Assembly: GCA_903813345.2 (NCBI GenBank)
Contig: CAIIXF020000001.1
Coordinates: 26,598,001-26,662,000, forward strand
Origin: Owenia fusiformis
Lineage: Eukaryota
Length of the DNA: 64,000 nt
Direction: 5' to 3'
Shown here: piece by piece, positions 14,106-42,779 of the stretch
Layout of the letters: each line of letters begins with the position of its first letter
Numbering within the stretch: the stretch's first letter is position 1
The notes under the pieces: model-generated
The model's database searches: none
What the model saw: the letters and a program-made list of their open reading frames with translations, nothing else
What the model was told of the DNA's origin: nothing
Program-made: the position numbers and the translations under genes

Positions 14106-14465
14106 CTTTGTTGGGATACATAGAAGAACTAATAAAAGATCAGCGATAGCTAAGCTGGTCAGGAATATATTTGTCACATTCTGCAGACGTCTGTATCTAG
14201 CGATACAGAAAATCACTAGTGAGTTGCCCACTATTCCGAGGATGAGCGTTAGTCCGTAGACGACAGCAACAGGGATTGCATCAAGTGGGAATGTATTGAC
14301 GGAGGCGTTATAGTCATACTCATAGTCTTCATAGTATTCGTAACCATCTGTGTCTAATGTATCAAATTTGCCACCGGTACCTTCTGTTGCTTTATGGACG
14401 TAGTCATCCGTTGCGTTATACACCAACGTGTATTCCATTGGTGTCTGTTCGGTAATATTCTCCAT
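14106..14465 (-). CDS. Rhodopsin-class (class A) neuropeptide-type GPCR, first coding exon (N-terminus, TM1, TM2); subfamily uncertain
   Basis: 120 codons ending CIPTK|gtaggg (phase 0 donor). TM1 motif LGIVGNSLVI, TM2 motif TNIFLTSLAIADLLLVLLCIP, N-glycosylation sequons NIT/NAT/NAS. No TM3-7 exon was recognised in 1-14105, so the rest probably lies left of the window. Confidence 0.9.
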
Positions 14466-15450
14466 ACTCTAGTTAGTAGTGTTATCCGTTTTTTGGCAGT
14501 GAATTGATATGAACGAGAGTGGCGTAATTAATTAACGTGTCCTATGTTTCTTGTTAATTACCAGAAAATCCAATGTCAGACCAACGTAATAGACTCTGGA
14601 AATAGAGCAATCACGTTGTAACATATGGGTGGTTCACAATATTACATGTTGTGGGCTTATAAATGAGAAAAATGAATACCTTGAACGCATTTCACTTACT
14701 TTATGTCTATAGAGAATTTGTGTCTGCTAGGCATGGATGAATATATAGTATTGGAAACAATACATGGCAATACCGTCGATTTTCATTTAGATGATAATCA
14801 GTTTTGTTGAATTTGTCGAGAATTTATTTCATGTGCTAATAGGTTTGTCTTTAAAGCAATACTATCTCAATAAATTAATTTTATTTCACTAAAAGGCACA
14901 TGTAAATAATCCTGCTTATTTGATTACTTGGTGTGACTGCGCTAAAAAGCAGAACAAATGTTTAAATGTAAATTGCTACCCTGTTCCTGTAAATCTTCTT
15001 TAAAAGGAAGATACAAAAAGACAATACAATACAATTAAAATACAACACAATACAATATATATTAAGTGACACAGCGATAACTTTATGTAAATTATAATAT
15101 CTTTATATTGATAAACAAGAAAAAAGAATTATGAATTAATTGTAGAACACTAATCAAAACAAATACCTTTTTATCACGTCCACGTAAATTTCATCTTCGC
15201 AATGGTAAACTCCTTCAACTAGAGCAATTAGCAATTGCGATTTGTGAGGAACTTTTTTAGTTAACGTTCCATTCAGTTTCATAAAATGATGCGTGAGTTC
15301 ACTTTATTTTCAATTATATACATCCAGATTCTCAATAGCCTTGTATCCTATTGCTTAGAGACGACTTGCAAACTCTACCCGGTTCACCAACCCCAGTGTT
15401 CCTCTGCTATATGGTTACGCTACGCCTCGTACCTGTTAGCGCTGAATCTG
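14466..15450 (-). other. Probable GPCR 5' UTR: acceptor at 14595/6 and an upstream non-coding exon ending at 15167
   Basis: Minus strand tctatttccag|AGTC at 14595 and AAAG|gtattt donor at 15167; CpG-richer unique sequence around 15300-15520. TSS position is approximate. Confidence 0.4.
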
Positions 15451-15810
15451 CGAGTGAACTTAATTGTGATGAAGACTACCAGCAGATACCAATATAAAGC
15501 ACTGTTTGCTGCGCACGAGTCAAAAACCAATGATTAACTAATGCCAATATGTTTACAAATGAGAACTTCATTGATGAAACATCTATCCTGGATAAAAAGC
15601 GATACACGCGATTGGAACTTCGTTGGTTTGACCAAAATGTTGTCATTACTTTTAGTAAACAACTACGAATTAAGAGTACACGCGGATTGATCCAATGTCG
15701 AATGACATTTACTCTGTGTATGGTACTACCATTGTTAGACCAACAGCATGTACTATCCCTTAGAGTAAAAGATTAGGGACCTCTGATGATCTAGAATGTG
15801 GCACTAAGTA

Positions 15811-16824
15811 CAGGGTGGGCCAAAAACGTTCACATTTTTATTTTTGAAATATCTTTCCTGATATGTTAGAAATATCCCAAAATTATATATCATTAGAATG
15901 ATAATTCAAATCCCAACAAAATGATGTATGATTCATAAAATATGAATGGCTGTTGGTGACTCCACGATAATTTCCGCATCATGAAGTAATAACAGTAGTT
16001 TTGAGCTTATTGAATAATAATTGCATTGCTGAATCAACACTTTTATTAGACATTGACATAGGAAAAAAATATTGGAGTTGAATTTGATTGTTTGTAAATC
16101 ATTTTGGAGCTCTAAAATAATCATGGAACTTATTTTTATGTATTGTAGTTTGTTATAATGTAAGATTGTTAGATGCATTGAAATTTGCTTCAACCACGTT
16201 TTGCAAAGAAACTCAGTAGAAATTCTGTCATTGCTATAACCCATTATGTGGAATTAATTTCAATTATTTCCTCTTTTGGTGTCTATGATTCCATTACCTG
16301 CCATCAAAAATGTAAGTTAATAAAAGTTATAAAAGAACAACATCATTGTTGACCTGTTTATGATAATTTTAGCCTTAAATAGGCATTATCTACAAAATGT
16401 CTAGCAAATAAGAAAATATTCGATTATTTCACTTCATTATTTAGGCTATTGTATATTACCAATACCTATCAAAATAGTAAAGGAACTAAATAATAATGTA
16501 TTTGTAAACAATTTGGTTTCATTTGATCAACAATTTTTAACTATTATTAGAATTATATCCCCTAAAAGCTGACATGGGGGTTTTATCTGTCTGGTCAGTT
16601 CTTAGCCAGTTTTCTGTATTCAGCAATTGGTAAATCATAATCTTGACCACTGTGGTAATCAAAATGTTATTTCAAGACAAATACTCATCTAGGTGAAATA
16701 AATTATATATCATTTTCTTTGAAATTGAATTGTCTTTACAATGTTGTATAATTTAAACATATTTCTGTAATATTAAAAATGTTGTAGCAAAACAGAAATG
16801 TGGACGTTTCTTTGGCCCACCCTG
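15811..16824. mobile_element. Tc1/mariner non-autonomous element (about 1 kb)
   Basis: TA|CAGGGTGGGCCAAA ... TTTGGCCCACCCTG|TA, with diverged subterminal inverted similarity. Confidence 0.9.
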
Positions 16825-18237
16825 TATATAGGAATCCCCGAAAACATCTGAAATAAAATGCGAATAGTTCCCGAAGACGCAATCTTCACCAATCCGTTGA
16901 CATTACCATAAATAGAGTAAGCCACGAAAGTGCAAAGAAATACATTTATGATAAAACAGCGAACACATGGGATTAAAAAGCTTTTTCTATTGCCTCTACG
17001 TTAACATATTACATATAACAGTACATTATATTTATAATGCTTTGCAATATATAATACTATTTTCTTCATAAATTTTTCCCTTTAATTCATGAGCAAACAT
17101 AATAAATATAAATAGACTAAAAAATTGATCACACGTAACAAGGTCATTGTGATCACTTATCAAATTATCCAGGCCTCTCAAGAAACATCTCTTGGCCGAG
17201 AGGAGTTGAGGTATTGTTAATCGTGGTGTTTCTTTGCATACATTAGTAGTCATTTTTATATCTTCGTATTCGATACATTATACGATTTGACTAAATGCAT
17301 TACTTATGTTACTAGAGGAGAGGCGCTGATAATATTGATTTATTGATGAAATATTGATTCAAATGATAATGATTAGACAATTCATTAGTCAATCAAAGGA
17401 TGCAAGACAATTCTACCCATTCATAGTCATTCACACCCAGCGCGCAGATCAAGAGTCTAGTTGTAAACTTCTGAAGACGAGGCTCTCTATTAAGAAGTGA
17501 AGTCGAACGAATGCAAAGGGTAAGGGTAATAGAACATAATAATGAAAACTTGCCGCTTTATCATATCAAATATTTTCTGAAGATTTGACTTTGAAGACGG
17601 GGATCATCATGGAGTAGTCTTTTCACTCCGTCTTTTTGTTTTAATTTGTTCAATAAAGCGCAATGTAGTCCCCCAAGTTTCCACCCATACATTATCACTT
17701 TCTAGTCAATCACTTACAAAACGAAATCTCAGGACTTGTTTTTTCAACAATTCATCAACATCGGCATAAAAACTATTCTACTTAACCTCCGGTTGCCAAA
17801 CTTATGGAGGGGAGTGTAGGTAAATTTTTCATAAATTACCGATTGCTACGATTTCAGGATTTCATGGGACGTGAGATGACAATGTTATATTGTCATACAT
17901 TTCGATTGCATGGGAATCCTACCTTCCTACTAAACTACACGGCTCGAGTATATTTCAAAGAATCATAATTAACCATCTTATGTTTCAAAGGTTAGATCAA
18001 CTGATACGCCGTAGATCAAGATGATGATTATAAGAATATGATGATGAATGCTCGGATTTTTCTGATTTCCGGCAATACGATGGTGCATCCTTTCCCGTAA
18101 TTGATTCAAGCAAATACCACAACAGGTGAAAGACAATTACACCCCAACATTGCATGCCGTTCTACAACAATATTTTGACATATTACATTGATTATATATA
18201 CTGTAATAGCGCGGTGGTCTGCCTGCATACCCGGCGC

Positions 18238-19325
18238 TTAGGTCAGGTCATTCTTAGGTCAAAGGTAAATATCTAGGTATTTGTCGTTTTAAGACCCTTT
18301 TGTCGACCATGACAAGGTGACCTGAAGTCAAGTTCAATGTTTATGGGTCAAGGTCATCTCAAAGTCAAAAGTCAATATCTAAGTATTTGGCGTTTGAAGG
18401 ATTTAGGGAGCTGCTGTGACCCTTGGCGATCCAGAATAAGGTGACTTGATCTCCAAGTCAATGTTTATGGGCCAAGGTCTTCTCAAGGTCAAATGTAAAT
18501 ATCTAAGTATTTTCCGTTTAAAGGACCTTGTTGGGGGATGCTATGACCCTTAGTGACCTGAAGTCAAGGTCATTCAATTCAAAGGGTCAATTTTCAAGGT
18601 ATTTGGCGTTTTAAAACCCTTTGGGCTGCTGTGACATTTGGCAACCCATGATTAAGTGACCTGAGGTCAAGGTCAATGTTTATAGGCCAAGGTCATCTCA
18701 AGGTGAAAGGGCTTTGTATAAAATACCTCCTACCTCCAACCCACCTACGTGGGGCATGATACAGTCATTGAAGGGTTCAATTTTAAAGATTTTTAAATCT
18801 TAAAATAGCTCTAATTATAAACATTTCTACAATTCCGGCTTTATTTTATGACTAGACGGATGACAGATCCATAAATAAAGGCATATGGGTGCAATGTAAT
18901 GTGTAATGACCAGAGGGCACCCCAGGGGAATATCTAACTAATGACCGCGAGCATAGGTCCAACAAGCCAGATAAAGAAATTGAAAGAAAGTGTGCTAAAT
19001 TCGATGCCCCAAGTGGGAAGCGAACCCAACTGGGCTGTAGTAGCAACTTGCTATCAAGGGTCGTTACAGATGCATCTATAATTCATCATAAACTAAGATT
19101 CAATAAACTAAGATCTTTAAATTGAACCCTTCAAAGACTGTATCATGTCCAACGTACGTGGGTATGTGGGTATGAGGTAGGAGGTTTTTTATACAAAGCC
19201 AGGTGAAAGTTCAATATCTAAGTATTTGGCGTTTTAAGGCACTTGAAGAATACTGTGACCCTCGGCGACTCATAGTAAGGTGACCTGAGGTCAAAGTCAA
19301 TATTTATGAGTCAAGGTCATCTCAA
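18238..19325. repeat. Degenerate AGGTCA/TGACCT-rich tandem array (about 95-100 bp units), interrupted by the MULE
   Basis: Recurrent GTGACCTGAGGTCAAGGTCAATGTTTATGGGTCAAGGTCATCTCAAGG...ATATCTAAGTATTTGGCGTTT on both sides of the insertion. Confidence 0.8.
18710..19200. mobile_element. Non-autonomous Mutator-like (MULE) element, 491 bp
   Basis: About 80-bp TIRs GGCTTTGTATAAAA...TTTTATACAAAGCC; 9-bp TSD AGGTGAAAG at 18701-09 and 19201-09. Confidence 0.85.
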
Positions 19326-19358
19326 TGATGGTGACCAACTCGAACGGGTAGAATACTA

Positions 19359-19893
19359 ATATCACACCGGAATAGCCTGACTACGGTAAAGTCAGATACC
19401 GTTGTCACAAATGGCGGACGTAACCGTAGCTTCAACTGTTTAATCATTTGGTCCTCATTTCATGGGATTTTATCGTCGCTAATTCTGTGCATGCATTAAG
19501 CTCTTGTGATCATGTATCATATGAAATCCCATTTTCGATCAAATTGGGTCGTGAATCGCCACAATATAGCGTCTTCCATATCGTCAATGACAACGGAATC
19601 TGAAATAGAGTAATTTAGAAAGACAGCGGCATATGGTAATTACCGTGTCCGTTGTCCCGTATCTCATTTTGAACGGTTAAATTAAAGACTTTATTTCGAT
19701 GGTTGAACATTATTAAATGTACAATGAGTATTCAGACACTTTGATTGATTGTTGTTCCAAAGTAATTTAGTCAATTGCAAGGTGCTCTATTAAACATACA
19801 GTTCATGAAAATCTTATTGAAGCGACGGTTATGTCCGCCATTTGTGACAACGGTATCTTATTTTACGGTTGTCAGGCTGTTCCGGGGCGAATA
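19359..19893. mobile_element. MITE with about 75-bp TIRs, unclassified
   Basis: AGATACCGTTGTCACAAATGGCGGAC near 19395 and its reverse complement near 19834-19858; flanking inverted similarity continues to both ends. Confidence 0.8.
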
Positions 19894-20411
19894 TAAATGA
19901 ACTGAGTTTAAAGTTTATAATTGGAGATTTTGCAAAACACAAAACACCAATCTTTTTTCAGGTTATTTTGTAAATTCTGTTTTCAAAATAAAATTCCTTG
20001 ACGTTTCCAGACAAAAAAAGAAATTTCCAGATTTAACTTTGCTTACACTGCCTCCAATAAAGTTTCAATAAGACCCATTACGAAACATTTTGGGTTTCTC
20101 TCTTAGTACCATTTCTCTCAGGAAATTGTATCTAGTCCTTTTTGGGCCTACCAGAACTTTTTGCCCTTCGCCACACTCAGAACAGATGTATTCCTCAAGG
20201 ATTCCCTCCAAATTCGCGCTGAAAAAATAGGCGAAATCAAAAGTAGATTTTCTACAAGATCCTTATTCAAAATTCGACCAAACTTGCACAATATGGAGAA
20301 AAATACTCTCAAACTTAAATAAACAAAAAATCACGACCTGACAGATACTCCATGACGTTTATAGTCTTCAAAATTAAGCGTGGCCGTTAAACGCGCGGGA
20401 TAAGTAAGGTG

Positions 20412-20782
20412 CAACACGAGGATGGTGACATTTGAGCAAACTGATGTTTTCATTATTTCTGATCTGATCTAGTTTTTTGATATTTTTTATGTCTGTAACA
20501 ATATCCTAGTCAGAGAACTTTACAGTGAATTTCATAAAAAAAACTACACAAACTGCGAATATAATATACGGAAACACACGGTTAAATTACGCAAATTCGA
20601 ATTCTTGCGTTGTACCTTACCGTTACCGCGCGTTATACCGTATATTACATTGTTTTTGTAGAAATCCACTATCAATTTCACTGTCTGGGATGTTGTTACA
20701 GACATTTTCATATAAAAATATCTAGAAACTAGATCAGACCTTTCTGAAACGACGGAAACACTATTTCACCACCCTCGTGTTG
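20412..20782. mobile_element. Palindromic MITE (about 370 bp)
   Basis: CAACACGAGGATGGTGA ... TCACCACCCTCGTGTTG; inner arms CTGATCTAGTTT...ATGTCTGTAACAA and TTGTTACAGACAT...AAACTAGATCAG. Confidence 0.8.
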
Positions 20783-21501
20783 TACTGTCACGCTTGATTT
20801 GGTTTACACCCTGTGTAATATACTTTGTATTATACTTTGTTTTATTTATATTTTGAACAATTTTGGCAAAAACTGTAATATACTCAACTGTAAAAGTTAA
20901 GTGTATGCCCGGGAGTGTATGATAGGCGATAGTCTAGAAGAAAATCTTCTGCTTATTAAATGACAAAGTGATACACTAAAGTCAATGGCTAGTCTACACT
21001 GAGATTTCCCACAAGCTGATTGTAATTAAAGAGTCTAACTATCTGCTAAACGCAATCTAGGATGAAGCATCCTAGACGCAATGCACTGTAGTTCTTTACT
21101 TCTGGGACAACCCTCGTATACCTTTTTAGGATGCATTTTAGTGATGGGATAATACCACGTTGAATTGTTTCTTCTTCTTAGGATATGATCTTGTCTACAA
21201 ATGTGCCTTGTTATTGTGATAATAAAGATTAATAATTGAATCTTATTTATACCAGACCCATGGGATATAAAACAGTTACCACATGTTACCATATTTTTCA
21301 CACCTTTTTCTTAATCCAAAATCAAAAACATCCAGTTAATTCCCAATAAGTAAAAATCAATTATCTCCTGGAATCACACCTTTCTCCTAGTCCAAACATA
21401 AAACATTCAGTTTTTTCCAATAGGCTAAACAAATTAGCTCCAGTGTTCCTACCTTTCTAAAACATCCTGTTTATAATGATGTCACTGAGAGTTGATTAGG
21501 A

Positions 21502-23593
21502 CAATATTCACTGGGGGGTATCGTGATGCAACAACACCGTGTTGTTGCATCAAGATGGCCAGACTTCCGGTGATAGATTTTCGTACGATATTTTGTTTCC
21601 CCAATTAAACCCATTTCTAGGACGAGTTGCTCAATAACCATACACGTGCAGTTAGCACACGATCTATATTTAAAGATACTGTCATTAGTATACATATACC
21701 ATCACCAAGAAGCAATAAGTTCACGGTTTTAGTTCCTCACTATTGATGCAACAACACCAAACCGAAGATGCAACAACACTCCTCTAGATTTGAGCAATGA
21801 TGCAGCAACACCAATTAATAGTATAATTTCAGAAGACCATAAATCTCGAGAGGAACAGATTTTTAAATGCTACTATTGCAACACCGTTACCCATTACCCA
21901 TTTGCGTTCTTCTCAAGGCATTCAAAATACACGTCCTGCGGGCGAAGATTCTTTATATGTATTTTCAAAAATAATGTACTGGACGTTGTTCTATAACATA
22001 GTTCAATCGCCTTTAACATGGCAAGCTTTAGTAACCCAATCTATTTTCATAAACCACTGTTCCATAGCTTGATGACCCTGACTCCAGTAAGTATCATTCA
22101 AAATGGTGGACAAACATCTTTCGTTCTCGGTAAACATGATGAGCTATTGGAAATTATCTGTCATCCATCTGTGGAACAGTGATAAACTAGTAGATGTGTA
22201 CGTTACCACTGTTTATCAAATTATAACTAAAACAGTTTAACTGTGACATTCGTGAGCTTATGTTGATGGGATGATTGCTTCATCTATGATATAATATGAT
22301 ATGATTCTTTATTTCCTCCAATTTGGAGAGCCAACGTGTAAAAACGTCTAATTGACTTTATTAGAGAGGCCGTTTAGTTACACGTTTAATGGAAATCTTG
22401 CACGACGCATGTGTAGAATTATTGCTCTCATTGGATTCCTTCTCTCCGATAGAGTAAAAAGGTAAACAAAAGTGATAAGATTAAGGGCCCAAAAAGGTAA
22501 AGTGATAGGGGTACAGTTATCCCAGATACCCCGGGCCCTCGGGAAATATCATATTGTCTCTCGGAATAAAACCAATATTGAATCCCTCTCAGTAAATAAC
22601 CTTTATATAATAGCATTGTATAACTGCAATATCATTAAACCAACACTCATCCTATACAACTCTTGAGAACGATGTACAACTCCTGGATAGCGTAAACTCC
22701 TGAGCAGCGTATACAACTCTTCAACTTGATATATGACATCATACTTTGGGTGGGATAACAAAGGATATACAATATACAATTGTAGACCTCTCTTGAGGTC
22801 AACTGGCAAAATTGTATACCGATACTGTAATCCTTGAAAGTTCGGAGGTCGAGGTCAACAGTACTCAGTATTTCAGTTGAGGTACTAACAATACATTTTG
22901 TTGACCGCTCATCAACCAATCTGAATTGAGTATTTCAATTGAGGTACTAACAACACAAAATGACTGATATCTGTTGTCTTTCCAAAATTATATATTTAGT
23001 TATTTGTAAGCAATTTCCATACGGTAAATCAAGAGCATTTAATTTAGAAAATGTATAACCTTTATTTTTCAGATACAATATCAATGAGATTGCCTCCCGG
23101 GGATTCTGTACTTTATTTAGTTTGCCTTGTATATCCTTTTAACTTTGATATAGACAAAGAAACCAAACAAAATACGTTTCGTTCATGGACCACTGACTCG
23201 CGCGTTTTATTCATGTCCCGACCTACACCTGTAAACAGAACATAAAACAGTTTCTCTTGTTGTTCAATGATACATTATATTGGCGTTTTTGCATCAGCAC
23301 GTTGGTGTTGTTGCATCATCGATAAGAAACAGAGTGGTGTTGTTGCATCAATAGTGAGGAATTAAAACCACGAATTTATCGCTTCTTGATGATGCTACAT
23401 GTATACCAATGACAGTTTTTTAAAATATAGATCATGCGCTAACTGCATGTGTATGATTATTGAGCAACTCGTCCTAGAAATGGTTGTAAATTGGGAAAAC
23501 AAAACATCGTACGAAAATCTACCACCGGAAGTCTGGCCATCTTGATGCAACAACACGGTGTTGTTGCATCACGATACCCCCCAGTGAATATTG
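21502..23593. mobile_element. 2.1-kb non-autonomous foldback-like element with about 260-bp TIRs, unclassified
   Basis: CAATATTCACTGGGGGGTATCGTGATGCAACAACACCGTGTTGTTGCATCAAGATGGCCAGACTTCCGGTG is mirrored at 23523-23593; similarity continues to about 21760/23335. Confidence 0.88.
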
Positions 23594-24097
23594 ATTCTTT
23601 GATAACCTTGTATATGTAAATTGTATTGCATTGTATCCTTTATAACCACAAATACATTGTGAGTGCATTTACAATGTTTTTAGGTTAATTTACATGTCAC
23701 ATTCGTATAAGCATACAATCATGTATTACGCTAGGCCTACAGTCTTGGCTTCCAAAACCATTGCTTCATCATCATCATCATAATTTAAAAGTTTGAAATA
23801 TGATGTCGTCGTCACAACTTCTTAACAAATTAAGAAGTGCAACTCTTTCCGCATCTACGGAATTGCAGAAACGTAAAAATGTGTTGCACATTTAATTACA
23901 AAAGTTACATTTTGGCTTTGACGAAGCCTACCTAAAACTAGTTTTATATAGTAGGAGTTTTTTCACCAGTGATACATCATTCAATTTTCTATCAACTCTG
24001 AAGATTTGGAGACAAAACATGAAATATATTTTGATATATCTTTATTTCTGTGAAGGATGTATGGGACCGACCTAGCGTCACACATTCTGCAGTTTAA

Positions 24098-24781
24098 TGG
24101 CCTAGTCACATAGCCCGGCCGATGTCCGGCATCGGTAGAGCTCGGTGGATTTTTTTGGTGCCACCGAGCTCTCCTCATCGGAAGCAGAGCTCGGTGACGT
24201 GAACGGACTCCGTCCGGACATCTTCAGGCGACCGACCGAATACCGGCCGGTGACCGTACGGAGTCTGTCTCAAAATGGTAGTTTTTTTCTGCCGATGTGG
24301 CAGCAACTACCGGCCGGAAGTCGGCCGGACATCGGAAGGAATACGGCCGGTACCCGAGCAGGTAACAGGACACCGTGCGATCGCCGGCCGGGTTGTTAAC
24401 GGGCTTTGAACTGTGACCGGCCGATGCTCTGTCCCACATCGGCCGGAGCTCGGTCGGAGCTCGGCCGCTGTCCGTTAAAATACCTCGTCCTCTGGTTGTC
24501 TCAGATGCACGGGACACCGGCCGATACTCGGCCGTGCACCGGCCGACGTGTTTTCCGATGTGGTTACGATGGGGCTGCGATGACATGATGAGGGAGCTCG
24601 GTGAGAGCCCGGTGAAATTTAACTCCGAAGTTAAAATTTCACCGAGCTACCATCGATGCGGTTTTAAGCAACAAACGCCACGGATGTCCGGCCGGTGTCC
24701 GGCCGGTGTTCGGCCGAGTTCGGTGAAAATTGCATCGCTGGCTCATCGTAACCTCATCGGCCGGGCTATGTGACTAGGCCA
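24098..24781. mobile_element. PIF/Harbinger (Tourist-like) MITE, 684 bp, GC-rich, inserted in the mariner remnant
   Basis: Perfect TIR TGGCCTAGTCACATAGCCCGGCCGATG; TAA TSD at 24095-97 and 24782-84; many internal CCGGCCG motifs. Confidence 0.9.
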
Positions 24782-24904
24782 TAATGCAGGTTGAACAAAA
24801 CGAACCATGATGGTTATGAATTACACCATTTCGATACGCCATAATCGATTATGAATATTGTGCCTTCACTTTGTAGCATTCATGTCACATTCATTCTTCG
24901 GGGC

Positions 24905-25260
24905 CCTCTACATGATTTCCATTAAGTGCTACACACTTCCTCATTATCCCCTTACTCAAGATTGAAAGACATGGGCGATTCCATGCTCTGACATGGTAGC
25001 AAACTGAAGTTGCACAGCTCGTTTTATTTCATCGATGTCATTTAACCTGCATCATTTTTTCTATAGAAAAAGTAGTATAGAAATAAAAGTCATGTGTGGC
25101 CAGATCTGGACTAAAGGGTGCATGCGCCAAGGGCTTCATGTTCAGGTCCAGGGATATTGTATCCTGGACATTTTGAGATACTTGGGCAGGGGCATTGTCC
25201 ACATGGAGTAGGGTGTTACCTCCTCTCACTAACCTCTTCTTCCACATTGTATTCTCAAAT
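24905..25260 (-). pseudogene. Mariner DDD transposase catalytic/C-terminal fragment
   Basis: LLHVDNAPAQ...LAHAPFSPDLATHDFYF (HDNA and YSPDLAPxD motifs), followed after disruptions by DIDEIKRAV...RKCVALNGNHVE. Confidence 0.88.
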
Positions 25261-27608
25261 CAACCTGCAAACCCTGACGATACAACACTTTAGCCTTACA
25301 ATACTGATCTTTTATGTGTTACTACAGGCAGCATGATATTCAAACAACACAACTCTTGTGGCATATCAAAAAGTTCAAATCTAACTGATATGCCAAATTG
25401 GCATTACTTTAGAATATGTGACGTAAATGTCGGTCCCGGGGTACTGTACTCCCTTCACGGAAATAAAGATATATCAACATGCATTACATATTTTGTCCTC
25501 ATATCTTCAGAGTTGATAGGTAATTGAATGATGTATCACTGGTGAAAAAATCAATGAGATTGGTCCATAAAAAGCATCCGTGTAAAAAGCGTCCATTGCT
25601 TATTGATCACCCCTCGTAAATTGGGCACATTTTCTGAAAAAATGAAAGGATTCTGTCCTGTGACCTTTCCTTAGGTCCTACTTTTAGCTATTTTTTGAAA
25701 AAGTTATTTCATCATGTTAGGGTCATTCTGACCATGTACATTGTTATCCTGGGCATGTAAATGATATGTGGAACTAGCTTAACTGACTGGAGGTCAAAAC
25801 AGAACTATCTCGTATGTTATCTTGGTTCAAAAAACTGTTTAAAATCCAGCATGGTTTTTCACTTCCTGTTTTGTCATTTCCTGTTAAGTACCATGAGACC
25901 TTAAAGCATTCCACATTGTATTAAGTGGAGACGCAGCACAGACATTCTCATTGTATTGAAATTCCATAGCTCGATAAAGAAGGAGCTGTTTGTAAATATA
26001 TTTTACTGGTAGTGTTATCAACATGAGAAAGAACAGTAAGGATAAATAACTACAACATTGACTATGAATGTGTGACTCTTTTCATGTATAAAGCATTATT
26101 GAAATGTCCAGACATATCCAGACATTTGATTTCTGATAAAAATGTTCAGATTAGACAGGTCAATTTTTCAAATCTACTTGTTCACTGTTCAGATTAGGAG
26201 GTGTTCAGATTTCAAGTTTTTTTTAACATGGGAGTCAATGGGAGGAAAATGACATGACATTTTACTCGACTAAACACCTTCTCACACAAAAGTTGAAGTT
26301 GTTGAAGTGGTGGGGGGGGGGGTTACAAGGGCTTGTAGCTAGACGAACAATGAGCATTAGTTTTGAGGTAAAGCGCCCAGGGAGACATTCCAAGAAACTA
26401 AGTAATGTCCGACAAATACATGGATGTATATGCTAGTCGAACACAAATGGACCACAGGCGTATTGTTGTGTTTGGATGGAATTTACAGAAGCTATAAATT
26501 ACAAAGAAAATTGCTATAACATAGATCAAGGATGCAATCTAGTGAAAGTCATCCCATCTATTGTTGCCATCTTCTCTGACTTATATTAATTAAACAATGA
26601 CCTCTTTTACTTGAAACCCTTTCCAATAGTTTGTAGATTCATCCACTCTATAATCCTTTGTTCAAGCAATCCAAGCAAAGGCCAATCAAAACAAGCAATC
26701 AAAACAGAATGTTATGCTTTAAGTTGTATCTGACATTTATTTCATATCTGATTAATTTTCAAATTAACTCTATGGCCATGATGGCTACATTTGGGGCCAG
26801 GAAGATCTTGTCAGCATCAAAACTGTGTACTAGTATTTATTTGTCCCAATCTAGCAATATAGAGGAAGGTCCATTTATAAGAGCCATATGAGTTTTTAAT
26901 TTTTATTTAGTCTCTATCAGTTCCTTGAAAGGAAAAATTAGTTTAATAGACCCAATGACAGTGTGAAGAGTCCTAAAGAATCGATTAAGGACTAGCAAAT
27001 ATATTCAGAATATTACAGTCAGTAGAACCTGTATATCCGAACACGTCTCTTGTATGAACACCTCACAATGTGTACACATATTAAGGTCACAGCCAGCTTG
27101 TTAAGAACCTTGAAACGTGAGTGCTTGCCAATAATGCAGATGCGAGTAGAGAGTTACCAGTTTCATCACCAGGTGGCTCATTCGGGTCAGATAGCATGGT
27201 GGGTATAGCAGAAATTTCCCTTTAACTTAAATAACATCTGTTTTAGTGGTTCAATTTTTATATAACCCTTATGTATCTAATAGTTATGCAAATTAAAATA
27301 TGTCCAGTAAAAGAAAATGTTATCTGTCTAATAAAAGAAAAGATTGATATTTCACTTTTTGTGATTTTGTAACATGGGATCTATGGGGAATCAACTCGAA
27401 CTAAAAGTCACATTTTCAAAAAAATTAAATTTTCAAAGTTGATAAACAATTTTCGAAACCATACTTCTAGATGTACTTTTACATGTAGATTTCAAATGAC
27501 ATCACATTGACTGATGTCGTAAATCAAGATTATTTCTACTCGCGTCTAGTCTATTCAAACACTTGGCCAGTCAGAGTAGCGTTCAGATATGACAGGTTTT
27601 ACAGTAAT

Positions 27609-42779
<15,171 letters not shown>

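Larger units (their letters stand above)
23958..25616 (-). mobile_element. Internally deleted mariner element with long inverted ends
   Basis: Terminus TA|CGAGGGGTGATCAATAAG on the minus strand at 25616; 23958-24089 is an inverted copy of 25411-25550; transposase remnant inside. Confidence 0.8.

Noticed and set aside
23981-24773. GC-rich ORF cluster as a gene, CpG island or horizontally acquired DNA
   Set aside because: The GC-rich part lies within a TIR/TAA-bounded MITE; stop-poor because of composition; no recognisable protein motif.
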